A stretch of 64,000 bases of DNA from Candidatus Latescibacterota bacterium (GTDB taxonomy: Bacteria; Latescibacterota; UBA2968). Below the pieces are notes generated by a model that saw nothing but the letters and a program-made list of their open reading frames with translations, was not told where the DNA came from and searched no databases. Below, piece after piece: positions 29,979-40,035 of the stretch (positions are counted from its first letter, which is position 1; every line of letters begins with the position of its first letter). The translations under genes and the position numbers were made by a program. The stretch spans positions 800,001-864,000 of the forward strand of contig OZ242010.1 in assembly GCA_965204745.1 (NCBI GenBank), given 5' to 3'.

Positions 29979-32900
29979 CGTCTGCGCCTCGGGCGTAGCG
30001 GATCGGCAATGGGGCCAATATAGTTGAAGGCGATGCCAAACCCTCGCAGTTCTCGACCATGGGCGAGATCGTCATTTGGGAAATCGTGCATTCGCACCAA
30101 AATTGGTCTGCCAATACCCTCTACGCGAACCCGCCAGTTGTTCTCTCTCCTCGCTTCGACGCGCCCTCGAAATTGACGCGGGGAACCGTTCTCGTCCGTC
30201 TCCATGAGCCACCGCACTACCCGCGCTGGATCCTCGTATTCTGTATCGCGCGACAGCGACTGCCATATCTCAATGGCGGCGTTCGTGTCCTTGAGTAACC
30301 AGCATAACACCGCTTCGAGAAACCGCTCCCGGTTGCGTGCGTCTGCACCGGCTTGTTCGTTGAGAGCACTCACGATCTCGCGTAGCTCAAAAATCAGGTC
30401 CGGGTCCACGGGGGTGCGCCCGCGCTGATTGAACATCAGACGCTCGCCCGTCGACTGTGCCCACCGCAACCTGAGCAAGAGCCGTTGGCAACGGTCATCC
30501 AGCACAATTCCCTTCTTGACGCGATTGGATATGTAGTCCGCCGTTCGCGCTGCGATTTTGCGAGTCTTGTCGTCGAAAGGCGGCTCGCTCCTATCGACAG
30601 GCTCCGTCCACCGCTTTGCCATGAGGAAGGTCGCTGCCGCGGGTGCGACGCTTTCCAACTCGATAAGCGTCTCATCGCTCAACTTCGCGTCGCCCATAAT
30701 GTCTGCAACACTGCTACGACGCTCGAGATACCTCGTTTTTTGTTCTGAGGCACCTCCCCCCTCGTCTGGATCAGCGTATTCTTGAAAATCATTCGGGATT
30801 CCATCCTTCTTTTCCTTCACCCTGAAGACTTCATCTCCAACATCAATAGTTGCGTGCAGGTCGGCTAAAATTTCCGCACGTTGTGCATCGGACATTTCGT
30901 CCTTTTTTGCTTTGAGCACATCGCTCGCTGTCCAAAGGGAGATGTCAATGGGATGGGTGTTCCTGCCAAGTCCAATGGCTTTCTCGCTTGCCATCCTTGC
31001 GGCGAGATAGTCTGACCAAAATTCCTCTCCTGTGCTGTACTGCGCACGCTCGATGGCGAGGTATCCGTATATCGCCGAGCGTTCTGCAACAAGGCTTTGT
31101 TTTGTCTTGCTGGATACTGCAATTTTCTCGTCGTCAATTTGACGGAGCGTCTTTTCGATAGTATCTCGAGCATCATCCAAGATGGTCAATCGTTCGTCGT
31201 CAGTTCTATCATCATAATCGCTTTGTGACCGGGAGACCGCCCTTCGCCGAAATACGCATTCGGGCAAAACGAGGTCTGGATCGGATATTCGGTAGTGCTC
31301 CCGCAACTTCTTGAGCGCGTCGGCAAACTGCAGGTACCCAGAGCGGTACGCCTCTTTGCGCGGTCCATTCCGAATCGTGAACAGCAGGTTGAACAAGAAC
31401 GAACGCTCGGCACTTTGATCCAATCCAAATCTGACGTTGCCGATTAGATCGAGCAGTCGCTCGATTTCCTGCTCGGGAGTAAGTCTGCGCCTACATATAA
31501 GTTCTGCCTCGAGCTGTATGCGTGGCGAAATCAGGAAATCCGCTCCTTCTTCGTCCTCCTTCCAGCGGAACAGATCGAGATCGGCGAAGAGATAGGTGAT
31601 TTGATCCAGATGCAGACCACCTGCCTGACCGAGCAGGCGAAAAATGACATTGGTCGGCACTGCACAATCCAACCGACCAGCGACCATCACATAATCAACC
31701 AGTCGTCCCGCTTCGTCCAGACCCAAAGCCGCGAGCTTTTCATTCTCCTTGAACAACGGCGAAGTTGAACTGGCGATACCCAAATCAATCAACTGTTGCG
31801 CTAAGGGAGATAGCCCAGTAGATGGCCGTGGCACATACCTTGCCCGCTCCCGCACAACACTTTCGGTAGCTCTCGCTTCCGTTGACACGCCTGCGGCGAG
31901 GCGTTCGCGTGAGGCGGGCAACCTGCGGTATAGCATGGCAAAGATCGAGTCAGTAGTGCGTTGAGTATAGTAGCCTGTCGCAGGATGACCGAATTTGTTC
32001 AACAGTTCCTTAAACGCGGACAATTCGCCCTGTGAAACGTCGGCGGGGGCCTCGACAAGTCGATTCGATTCGCCGCCGCTCTGTGTTTCCATCCGATAGC
32101 AAGTGCCCACGATGAGCAATCGGCGCCCCATACTTCGCAACGCAGATGCCAAATCCTCGTAGCGTTGCGGGGGTTGGCTGGCGTCGCAGATCAAGACCGT
32201 CGCATTGGCTCCCAAGAGTTCGGTCTCTAAGCAGAATGCTTCGATGTCCGCGGGATTCGGTATCCGATTCGTCGCGACCACAACGGGCAGGCCCAGTTCG
32301 CGGCGGATCTTTCGAGTCAGCCGTGCGAGCGCGATGCTCTTTCCGGTGCCCGACTGCCCATGCAGGATAATCACATCGTCGGAATCGACTTGCCCGAATT
32401 TTTCCAACTTGTCGTTCACTGTTTGCCAAAGGGTTTGCTCGAACTCGCGCTCTACTGCAAACCCACGCGAGACGCCCTCCACCAGCAATCTGAAATTGCC
32501 GAGCGTGCTGTGAAAGCGGCGGAATGCGTCGTATCGTTCTGAATCGCCCAAAGGCTCTAACTCTTCCGTCCATCCATCATCGACAATCGCCGCTGACGCT
32601 TCCACTCGGAGCCGCAGGGCAGGCGTGATGTCCAGCACCGCTCCCTTGGAAAGCGACACCATGCCAGGATCGTCTGGGGCAACGGACCCCGCGATATCGA
32701 GCACGCCGCGGATTTCGAGTTGGCTTATCGCGCTTGCAAGGCTCGTTTCGGTCGCGATGAGCGAACCGCGCTCGATCATCTCGTCAGCGAAGATCGAGTC
32801 CAATTTTTCGGGACGACCAAACCAGAGAACCTTGGGGCCGATCGGGCCAGATAGCGGGGCCAATAGCGAATCTAACGGCATCCAATCCGCGCTTGGGCGG

Positions 32901-33460
32901 TAGCCCGCTATGACCACCAAGCCATGCACTGTCGCGGTTTCCGCAATGCGGTTCAGCAATTCCGTCGCGTGCAGGCTAAGGCGGCGCGCCAGATCGCTTT
33001 GATTTCCGGGTGCTCGCGCATACGCGACGGTTTCATCGGATTTTCCAAAGAGATAGTGGATCGGCGACCTCGAGCGGCTACGCGGCACTTTCGCGTAGGT
33101 GTCTTTGGCAATCACCGTTTCGGGCTGTCGTCCCCTGGTCTCGAAACGCCGCGCAAACCGGGGATCGATAGACGAGGTGAACACCGCACTCCATGAGACA
33201 TCGAAGATCGCTGCGGCGGCGTCAGAGGGAACACATCGCTCAAACCGCTCGGAAATCCACGCCATGTCGGCCGCACTCAACCCCTGATTGAGCGCGGCGC
33301 GCCATCCCGAATCGCGGTCTGTGCATCCAACGCGAGCGAGGAGAGAATCGAGGATGGCATCGTTGGCAGAGTCGAAACTTTGGCCCGCGATCAGCACCAA
33401 GGGCTGCTTGTTCTGAAGGGCGCGAGTCAGTATTTCAATGGGATCGGTTGGTGAACTCAT
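29975..33460 (-). CDS. SAMD9-like / STAND NTPase: degenerate SIR2-like + P-loop + helical region + OB-fold
   Basis: LVLIAGQS, VFTSSID, HYLFG, VIAGY; Walker A GQSGTGKS; Walker B VLICD; C-terminus GIAFNYIGPIA. Confidence 0.7.
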   Translation of the reverse strand: MSSPTDPIEILTRALQNKQPLVLIAGQSFDSANDAILDSLLARVGCTDRDSGWRAALNQGLSAADMAWISERFERCVPSDAAAAIFDVSWSAVFTSSIDPRFARRFETRGRQPETVIAKDTYAKVPRSRSRSPIHYLFGKSDETVAYARAPGNQSDLARRLSLHATELLNRIAETATVHGLVVIAGYRPSADWMPLDSLLAPLSGPIGPKVLWFGRPEKLDSIFADEMIERGSLIATETSLASAISQLEIRGVLDIAGSVAPDDPGMVSLSKGAVLDITPALRLRVEASAAIVDDGWTEELEPLGDSERYDAFRRFHSTLGNFRLLVEGVSRGFAVEREFEQTLWQTVNDKLEKFGQVDSDDVIILHGQSGTGKSIALARLTRKIRRELGLPVVVATNRIPNPADIEAFCLETELLGANATVLICDASQPPQRYEDLASALRSMGRRLLIVGTCYRMETQSGGESNRLVEAPADVSQGELSAFKELLNKFGHPATGYYTQRTTDSIFAMLYRRLPASRERLAAGVSTEARATESVVRERARYVPRPSTGLSPLAQQLIDLGIASSTSPLFKENEKLAALGLDEAGRLVDYVMVAGRLDCAVPTNVIFRLLGQAGGLHLDQITYLFADLDLFRWKEDEEGADFLISPRIQLEAELICRRRLTPEQEIERLLDLIGNVRFGLDQSAERSFLFNLLFTIRNGPRKEAYRSGYLQFADALKKLREHYRISDPDLVLPECVFRRRAVSRSQSDYDDRTDDERLTILDDARDTIEKTLRQIDDEKIAVSSKTKQSLVAERSAIYGYLAIERAQYSTGEEFWSDYLAARMASEKAIGLGRNTHPIDISLWTASDVLKAKKDEMSDAQRAEILADLHATIDVGDEVFRVKEKKDGIPNDFQEYADPDEGGGASEQKTRYLERRSSVADIMGDAKLSDETLIELESVAPAAATFLMAKRWTEPVDRSEPPFDDKTRKIAARTADYISNRVKKGIVLDDRCQRLLLRLRWAQSTGERLMFNQRGRTPVDPDLIFELREIVSALNEQAGADARNRERFLEAVLCWLLKDTNAAIEIWQSLSRDTEYEDPARVVRWLMETDENGSPRQFRGRVEARRENNWRVRVEGIGRPILVRMHDFPNDDLAHGRELRGFGIAFNYIGPIADPLRPRRRR

Positions 33461-33553
33461 GGTATATCTCTCTGTGTGAGGTTGAACAAAAATGATGGAT
33501 GGATTTTGCCATAGCCTACTTGTGGGCTTCGCACCGCGCCCCGCTCGTGTCTT

Positions 33554-34948
33554 TCAAGAGTAGGGGGCTATAATTGTAGTCCCCTGCTCCCGCCCACCAT
33601 GACGCCGCAACAACGCGGCTGTCTCATGAGCATTCTCCTGCACCGCAAGGTGCAAGGGCGTTGTGCCATCATCGTCCCTCGCGTTGACGTCGGTGCCGTG
33701 CTTGAGCAAAACCTCGGCGGTCTCATGAGCGTTCTGAACCGCCGCATCGTGCAAGGGTGTTGTGCCATCATCTTCCCGCGCGTTGACGTCGGCGCCGTGC
33801 TTGAGCAAAACCTCAACTGTCTCATGAGCGTTCTGAACCGCCGCATCGTGCAAGGGTGTAGAGCCCTCATCGTCCATCGCGTTGACGTCGGCGCCGTGCT
33901 TGAGCAAAACCTCGGCGGTCTCATGAGCGTTCTGAACCGCCGCATCGTGCAAGGGTGTAGAGCCCTCATCGTCCATCGCGTTGACGTCGGCGCCGTGCTT
34001 GAGCAAAACCTCGACTGTCTCATGAGCGTTCTCATACGCCGCATCGTGCAAGGGTGTAGAGCCATCATCGTCTGCATCGTCCAACTCGGCACGCCATTCG
34101 GACGCACTTTGCGGGCGATCTGATTCATCGACTTGCAGCGCGTGATCGATGGCGGCGAGAAATTGATGACTCGCGTGACCCTTGCAGCGTTCCGAAACCG
34201 GAATCAGCGGATCGTCGATCATCCTGTCCACCGCATCCGTGGGCACTTCAGCGGTCAATGCGCGGTAGCATACCCCGCCGAGAGCGTAAATGTCCGTCCA
34301 AGGCCCCTGATTGCCTCGGCTCGAATACTGCTCGCGCGGCGCGTATCCCGGCGTCACAACGGACGTTATCGAACGGCTCTTGGCCCCTATCGCCAGGCGC
34401 GCCGCGCCAAAGTCCAACAACACGGGCGAATCGTCCTCGGCTCGGATGATGATGTTGGCAGGCTTGATGTCGCGATGCAAAAAATCGGCCCGATGCACCA
34501 CCTCCAAGCCGTCGAGGAGCGGATGCAGAATCGCTTTGAGTTCTGCCTCGGTCAAGACGCCCTTGCGGTTGAGAAAGTCCGACAAGGTCTCGCCCTCGGC
34601 GTATTCCATCACGATATACGCCGTGCTGTTCGCTAAAAAAAAATGATGCACGCGCACGATGTTCGGATGTTGAAAGCGCGCCAAAATTCGGGCTTCGTCG
34701 ATAAAGCGATCCAGGCCCCACTGAAAATCCGCCGTCGCCTGAGACGATTGCGGCACCACGCACCAGTCGCTTTCGCGGGTGGCGAGGTCCGCAGGCAAGT
34801 ACTCCTTGATCGCCACGGGAATATCCAGCGCGAGATTCCAGCCGAGGTAGGTGATGCCAAACCCACCGTGCCCGAGGACGCGGTGAAATTCAAAATCCCC
34901 GATGCGCGTCCCTGTTGGCAGGGCCAATTTGTGTTGTGTTTCGTTCAC
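33554..34948 (-). CDS. Ser/Thr protein kinase with C-terminal ankyrin repeats
   Basis: GHGGFG, VAIKE, HRDIKPAN, DFG; five GxTPLHxA..LLKHGADVN-type units. Confidence 0.93.
   Translation of the reverse strand: MNETQHKLALPTGTRIGDFEFHRVLGHGGFGITYLGWNLALDIPVAIKEYLPADLATRESDWCVVPQSSQATADFQWGLDRFIDEARILARFQHPNIVRVHHFFLANSTAYIVMEYAEGETLSDFLNRKGVLTEAELKAILHPLLDGLEVVHRADFLHRDIKPANIIIRAEDDSPVLLDFGAARLAIGAKSRSITSVVTPGYAPREQYSSRGNQGPWTDIYALGGVCYRALTAEVPTDAVDRMIDDPLIPVSERCKGHASHQFLAAIDHALQVDESDRPQSASEWRAELDDADDDGSTPLHDAAYENAHETVEVLLKHGADVNAMDDEGSTPLHDAAVQNAHETAEVLLKHGADVNAMDDEGSTPLHDAAVQNAHETVEVLLKHGADVNAREDDGTTPLHDAAVQNAHETAEVLLKHGTDVNARDDDGTTPLHLAVQENAHETAALLRRHGGREQGTTIIAPYS
33610..34075. repeat. 99-bp near-identical tandem repeats (ankyrin units)
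   Basis: Units nearly identical at DNA level. Confidence 0.9.
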
Positions 34949-34956
34949 GATATCTC

Positions 34957-35685
34957 CTATCTCTCACCGCCTACCACCTGCAAAATCATCCGCACGGCGA
35001 GGAGTGTGACCAGCCATTTTAGGGCCGTGCGAAAGGCACGCTCGGGCACGCGCCCGCGGATTTTCGTGCCCAGATACGACCCGACAGATGCCGAGGCGAT
35101 CATGCCTGCGACCAATTTCCAATAGGGTGCAAACGCAAAGCCCAACAAGCCAAAGGTCAAAATTTTCAGCGCGTGGCTCGAGGTCATCTGAACCGAATGC
35201 GTGATCACCGTGCGGTCGCGGGGCAGATTTTCGCGCAACAGCAGCGGCATATTGAGCGGGCCATTCACGCCCACAAACAGGGACAACGCGGTTTGAAACG
35301 CGCCCAACAGCGCGAATTTCCCGGGCAAAGCCGGCGCGCTTGAAACCCCGGGCATCCATGTAATTAACAAAATAAAAACCCCTAAGAAAAGGGGCATGAT
35401 TTCCCATTCAAAATCCGCGAGAAAACGCGACCCCAACAGCGCGCCTATTGCCGCGCCGCCCGCGTATTGCCCCACGATGCGCCAATCCGTATGCCGCAGG
35501 CCCAACAGCGCGCGGCTCAGGTTGCTGGCAATTTGCACCGAGCCGTGAATCGGGATAATCGCGGCCGCGGGCAAAAATCCCGGCATTATGGCGATGAGCA
35601 CCACGCCGCCGCCAATGCCGCCCACAGCCGCGATCATCGACGTCACACACGCGGCCCCGATCAAAAACCAATCTGCGCTTGCCAT
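34957..35685 (-). CDS. TauE/SafE sulfite exporter family protein
   Basis: GGIGGGV, multiple TM helices, GSYLGTK. Confidence 0.82.
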   Translation of the reverse strand: MASADWFLIGAACVTSMIAAVGGIGGGVVLIAIMPGFLPAAAIIPIHGSVQIASNLSRALLGLRHTDWRIVGQYAGGAAIGALLGSRFLADFEWEIMPLFLGVFILLITWMPGVSSAPALPGKFALLGAFQTALSLFVGVNGPLNMPLLLRENLPRDRTVITHSVQMTSSHALKILTFGLLGFAFAPYWKLVAGMIASASVGSYLGTKIRGRVPERAFRTALKWLVTLLAVRMILQVVGGER

Positions 35686-35692
35686 GCGATTC

Positions 35693-37120
35693 TCACCACG
35701 TCATATAATGCGTCGTCTGGTCGTCCGAAAAGCGATCATAGCGCGGGTGGATAAAATCCTCGGTGGCATCCATGTGGGCGTAAAATGCGCGTTGCATCTC
35801 GTTGCGCTGTTGCGGTTGGGCGTCGTACAAATTGTCCAATTCAAAGGGATCGTCGATCAAATTGTACAACTCGCCGTAAGGTTTTGCCGGATAGTGGATG
35901 TACTTCCACGCTCGCGTGCGGATGCAGCGTTTATCCACGGCTTCGGCAAAAACCGTATCCCGCACCTCTGCTTGTTCGCCACGCATCAGCGGCGACAAAT
36001 CGACGCCTTGCACGCATTCGGGCGCGTCAACCCCGGCCAACTGCGCGAGGGTGGGAAACAAGTCCACGCTCTCGACCAACGCGTCGCAAGTGCGGCCCGC
36101 ATGCCCGGGCACGGCGATAAAACACGGCACCTGCAACATGCAATCCAACAGAAACGGCGCCTTGGCCGGAATCCCGTGATCCCCCAAAAACTCGCCGTGA
36201 TCCGATAAAAACACCACGATGGTCTCATCGGCTATGCCCTTTTGTTCGAGCGCGTCCATAATCAGCCCCACCTGCCAGTCGATCTGCGACACCATGCCGT
36301 AATACGCCGCCTTCATCTCGCGAAAGGTCGCATCGGAAGCGCGGTCAAACCCGCGGTACTTGTGGTGTTCCGCCTTGAAATACAAAGCGTATTCGGGCGG
36401 CTTTTTGGCAATGTCGTCCTCTGCACGGCGAAAGGGCGGCACGTCATTGGGATCGTACATCCTTGCAAAACGCCCAGATGGCACATAAGGGTGGTGCGGC
36501 CCGTAGAAGCCCACCCACAGGAAAAAGGGATCGCTGGTATCCAGCCCTTCGAGGTACTCGATGCTCTTCATCCCCACGTACGCATCGAGGTGGCAATCTT
36601 CGGGCAGATCGGATGGCACGGCGCCGAGGTTGTCGCGGAAATTGGGCAGGGCATAGCCGGTTCGATACTCGTATCCCCGCTGGCGAACGTATTGCTCAAA
36701 CGGATTGGGATCGGTCACGGTATAATCCCCATCTGCCCGCTCTTTCCACCCCCGCCGAATCCCCACGGCGTCCAGGTGGTCGAGCATCTGCTGAAAACGC
36801 TGTTGCCCAATGCCGTGCTTGCCCACGCTCGCGGTTGTGTACCCCCGGTTCTTGAACGCCTCCACCATCGTAATTTCGTGTTCGCCGAGCTTTGACCCAT
36901 TCCATTTCACGCCGTGATTTTTGGGATAACGCCCGGTCATAAACGACGCCCGCGATGGCGAACACACGGGGTTTTGCACAAAGCACTTTGAAAACCGCGT
37001 GCTCCTTTCGGACAGGGCGTCTATCGCAGGCGTTTGCACGAGCGGGTCGCCCGTGTATCCCAGGGTGTCGCAGCGCAGATGGTCTGTGGTAATAAACAAG
37101 ATATTGGGCCGTTTCATCAT
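35693..37120 (-). CDS. Sulfatase
   Basis: PNILFITTDHLR, CSPSRA, SDHGEFLGDH. Confidence 0.93.
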   Translation of the reverse strand: MMKRPNILFITTDHLRCDTLGYTGDPLVQTPAIDALSERSTRFSKCFVQNPVCSPSRASFMTGRYPKNHGVKWNGSKLGEHEITMVEAFKNRGYTTASVGKHGIGQQRFQQMLDHLDAVGIRRGWKERADGDYTVTDPNPFEQYVRQRGYEYRTGYALPNFRDNLGAVPSDLPEDCHLDAYVGMKSIEYLEGLDTSDPFFLWVGFYGPHHPYVPSGRFARMYDPNDVPPFRRAEDDIAKKPPEYALYFKAEHHKYRGFDRASDATFREMKAAYYGMVSQIDWQVGLIMDALEQKGIADETIVVFLSDHGEFLGDHGIPAKAPFLLDCMLQVPCFIAVPGHAGRTCDALVESVDLFPTLAQLAGVDAPECVQGVDLSPLMRGEQAEVRDTVFAEAVDKRCIRTRAWKYIHYPAKPYGELYNLIDDPFELDNLYDAQPQQRNEMQRAFYAHMDATEDFIHPRYDRFSDDQTTHYMTW

Positions 37121-37869
37121 CGCATCCCCCGCAATAAATCATCGCTCGCCACGGTTGGACACCAGAACTTTTCGATAAACCCGATCACCAGTTGCGTGCC
37201 CGCTTCATGGCTCACATAAGGCGGCTTTGCCGGGTTGTACATCGCATCGGTCAAATCGCGGATCAGCGCGACCCGCACGCCCCAGCGCGTCATTTGCTTG
37301 ATGCCAAACGTGCGGTGCAACACGCACATATTGGTATGCACGCCCATGATGAGCATTTTGTCGATGCCCCGCTGTTGCATGTACCTGTAAATTTCGATGC
37401 CCTGATCGGAAATGACATCGCGCTCGTGGTCGATATCGATCCCGGCGTGTTGCCGCGTCCAAACCCGCGTGTCGATCTTGTTGGGGTCTTCTCCGGTGTC
37501 TGACCCGCCATCCGAATCGTCGATGGGCAACGGGGGATCCGCGCGTTCAAAATCCTCGGGCGGATCCACGGGCCGCACGTCCAAAACCCGTTTTCGCGCA
37601 GGCGTATCGGCATACGCATCGAGCGTGTTCGACGGCGCGTGAACGATGGTCGCGCCACGGTCGCGCACGCTTTTGACCACCGCGTTCATGCGGGGAATCA
37701 TCGCCTCCAATCGCTCGACCGCCCCTCGGCACCAATGGTTGTTCCACACATCGCACAACAACAGGGCCGTTTGCTCGCCCGGCCAGTTGACCCGCTCGCT
37801 GTTCATTTGCCAAACAGCGCGTTCGCTGTCATCCCACGACAAGGTCTGTTGCTGCATGGTCAAGTTCAC
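37117..37869 (-). CDS. Isochorismatase/cysteine hydrolase family protein
   Basis: AGGAGG RBS + GTG; TALLLCDVW, GVHTNMC, RDLTD. Confidence 0.8.
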   Translation of the reverse strand: MNLTMQQQTLSWDDSERAVWQMNSERVNWPGEQTALLLCDVWNNHWCRGAVERLEAMIPRMNAVVKSVRDRGATIVHAPSNTLDAYADTPARKRVLDVRPVDPPEDFERADPPLPIDDSDGGSDTGEDPNKIDTRVWTRQHAGIDIDHERDVISDQGIEIYRYMQQRGIDKMLIMGVHTNMCVLHRTFGIKQMTRWGVRVALIRDLTDAMYNPAKPPYVSHEAGTQLVIGFIEKFWCPTVASDDLLRGMR

Positions 37870-37910
37870 GATACACCTCCTATCAGGGGTCTGCGGTTGT
37901 GAAACCCAGC

Positions 37911-38705
37911 TCAATACCTCTCGTCGACCAACCACGCGCTTTCGGGATTCTTTTTCCAGTATTGGCGCAACACCTGTTCGTTTGGGCAAAATTCCCCGCG
38001 ATACGCAACGCCCCCGTGGGAGATATTGATGCTCATGGCGACCTCGTCCTCGCCTGCATCGACCCAGTGGGGCGTCAACAACTGGTTCCACAGCACGTCG
38101 CCAGGCCGCATATCGTAGGTCAAAATTTCTGCGGGATCGATTTCCGGAATCGCAATGCGCGTAATGCCCATGCGATCCGCCACGAGTTTTTCAACGGGTT
38201 CGCGGTTGCCCGGCTCTAAAAACCCGTGAAAGTGTTTTTCGCCATACACTTGGTACGCCAGCACATGCGAGGAATCCGCGTGATAGGTGGAGCGGCACCC
38301 TTTGCCAGAAAGAAAAATAATGGGATAACACCTTTGCCACGTCAACCCGAGTTGCGACAAAAATGCGCGCCAGGGAATCATCACGCAGTCTTGAAAATGC
38401 GCGAGAAATTGCCCCTCGGCATAAAAATTCTGCAAGTGAAAATGCGCCAAACTCACCGGCATCTCGACCGCTTCTTCGATGGGCGCGGCTTTGAATTTTT
38501 CGACCAGCCCGTTTTGCTCGGCATCGCTCAACCCGTCGTCCAAAAATTGAATGCGCGCCTCGGCATCGCGCCGCAAAATATCCACGACCTCCGCAACCGG
38601 AACCAGCGGCAGTTCAAATTGGAACAACTCGGCATCGAGCAAAAAATTGCGCTCGCCATTCCAAAGTCGGCGGAAATCATCCGCTGTCTTGGCGATGAGG
38701 TGCAT
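37911..38705 (-). CDS. Cupin/JmjC-like protein
   Basis: YHADSSH..QVYGEK..PGDVLW..PHWV. Confidence 0.7.
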   Translation of the reverse strand: MHLIAKTADDFRRLWNGERNFLLDAELFQFELPLVPVAEVVDILRRDAEARIQFLDDGLSDAEQNGLVEKFKAAPIEEAVEMPVSLAHFHLQNFYAEGQFLAHFQDCVMIPWRAFLSQLGLTWQRCYPIIFLSGKGCRSTYHADSSHVLAYQVYGEKHFHGFLEPGNREPVEKLVADRMGITRIAIPEIDPAEILTYDMRPGDVLWNQLLTPHWVDAGEDEVAMSINISHGGVAYRGEFCPNEQVLRQYWKKNPESAWLVDERY

Positions 38706-38774
38706 TGCACACTCCTTTGTTGTGAGTAAGAGGGGAGAGGCAAGAGGTAAGAGGTAAGATACTCTCTTAAAAGG

Positions 38775-39782
38775 TCAAGGGGTTTTCGGGGTGATTCGAT
38801 AGAATTTTTCGCCCTCAAAATCTTGGTCATGGCGCAACATGCCCCAGATCGAATGGAGCAACTTTCGCATCACCGCAACGATAGCCTGCAAAGGTTTCTT
38901 GCCGCGGGCGATGAGTTGGTCATAGAAGGCTTTGACATGGCCTTCGTGTCTGATGGCCACCCAGGCAGGCATATAGAGGGCATGGCGGAGGTACTTATTC
39001 CCGGTTTTCGAGATGCGTCTTTGTGGATTGGCGGTTCCGGATTGTTTGGGTTTGGGATCCAGGCCTGCATGTGCGACCCACTGGGGCGGTTGCATCTCCT
39101 CTGGCAAAAGGGTCAACTCGGCCAAGAGCCGCAAGGCACTCGTTTGCGCGATGCCAGGCGTCGAGCAGAGGCGTTGGTAGGCACGCTTGAGGGGCTCATC
39201 GTGCAAAACGAGATCGAGGGCTTGGCTTTCCAAGTATGCAATCCGGCGTTTGAAGTGTCGAATATTCACCTGAATATCGCGTGCGATGAGACGTGTGCTG
39301 CGGATGTGGTAGCTCTGCGCGTGGTTGCGGCTCTGTTCGCGGATGATCTCCTGCTTGAGTTGGTCAATGCGTCTGGTGAGGGCTTGCAGTTGAAGCCGTT
39401 GCTCGCTCGGCGCTTGCCAAGGCACAAAAGGCATGCGCTCGGCATAGTCGAGGATCAACAACGCATCCTTCGCATCCGTCTTCGCCCGTTGCATGCAGGC
39501 TTGGGCGTACTTGCTCATCGCTTTGGGATTGACGACCATGACCTTTGTGTGGCGATGCCGATGCAAGGCCAAGGCCACCCCCAAACTGTAAAGCCCGGTC
39601 GCTTCGAGGCACACAGAGACCATGTGCCCGCCCTTCGTGAGCCACTTCAGCAACCGCTTATGCGCTTGGGGATCATTGGCAAAGGTCGCTTGCATGACAG
39701 CTTGTCCGGGTCTGGACAGGGCAACGGACAACGTGCGGGCACTGACATCAATGCCGGCAAAAGCGGGGTGAGATTTCGACAT
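38775..39782 (-). CDS. IS110 DEDD recombinase/transposase
   Basis: GIDVS, CLEATG, KTDAKDA, PGI, GLDP..QSG, GNKYLR; AGGAGG RBS. Confidence 0.95.
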   Translation of the reverse strand: MSKSHPAFAGIDVSARTLSVALSRPGQAVMQATFANDPQAHKRLLKWLTKGGHMVSVCLEATGLYSLGVALALHRHRHTKVMVVNPKAMSKYAQACMQRAKTDAKDALLILDYAERMPFVPWQAPSEQRLQLQALTRRIDQLKQEIIREQSRNHAQSYHIRSTRLIARDIQVNIRHFKRRIAYLESQALDLVLHDEPLKRAYQRLCSTPGIAQTSALRLLAELTLLPEEMQPPQWVAHAGLDPKPKQSGTANPQRRISKTGNKYLRHALYMPAWVAIRHEGHVKAFYDQLIARGKKPLQAIVAVMRKLLHSIWGMLRHDQDFEGEKFYRITPKTP

Positions 39783-39839
39783 GGGGGCCTCCTGTGATGA
39801 GGGGGTTGTAAGGGATCTGGTGCGCGCTCGGGGTCGCGT

Positions 39840-40035
39840 CCCGACCATTGACGCCAAGTCTACCGGTCTTGTATATGCAGCCTCAAGGGGCTTAGATACT
39901 CTTCGGCATAGACCCGGCGGTCGGGGGGCCTATCTTACCTACAAGGTCATCGCCTTCAAGAGGGGCCGGCCTTCCCCGAGCCGGGCATCAAGATGGCTTA
40001 TCTCGATACGAGGGCGCAACTCCTAATTAACCCTT
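39840..40035 (-). ncRNA. Predicted IS110 bridge RNA (ends approximate)
   Basis: Four guides in IS621 order: LTG 39959-67, RTG 39934-40, LDG 39894-902, RDG 39868-74. Confidence 0.8.

Noticed and set aside
29975-33460. Active SIR2 NADase (Dsr/Avs5/ThsA type)
   Set aside because: The catalytic Asn and His positions appear substituted, so NADase activity is not supported
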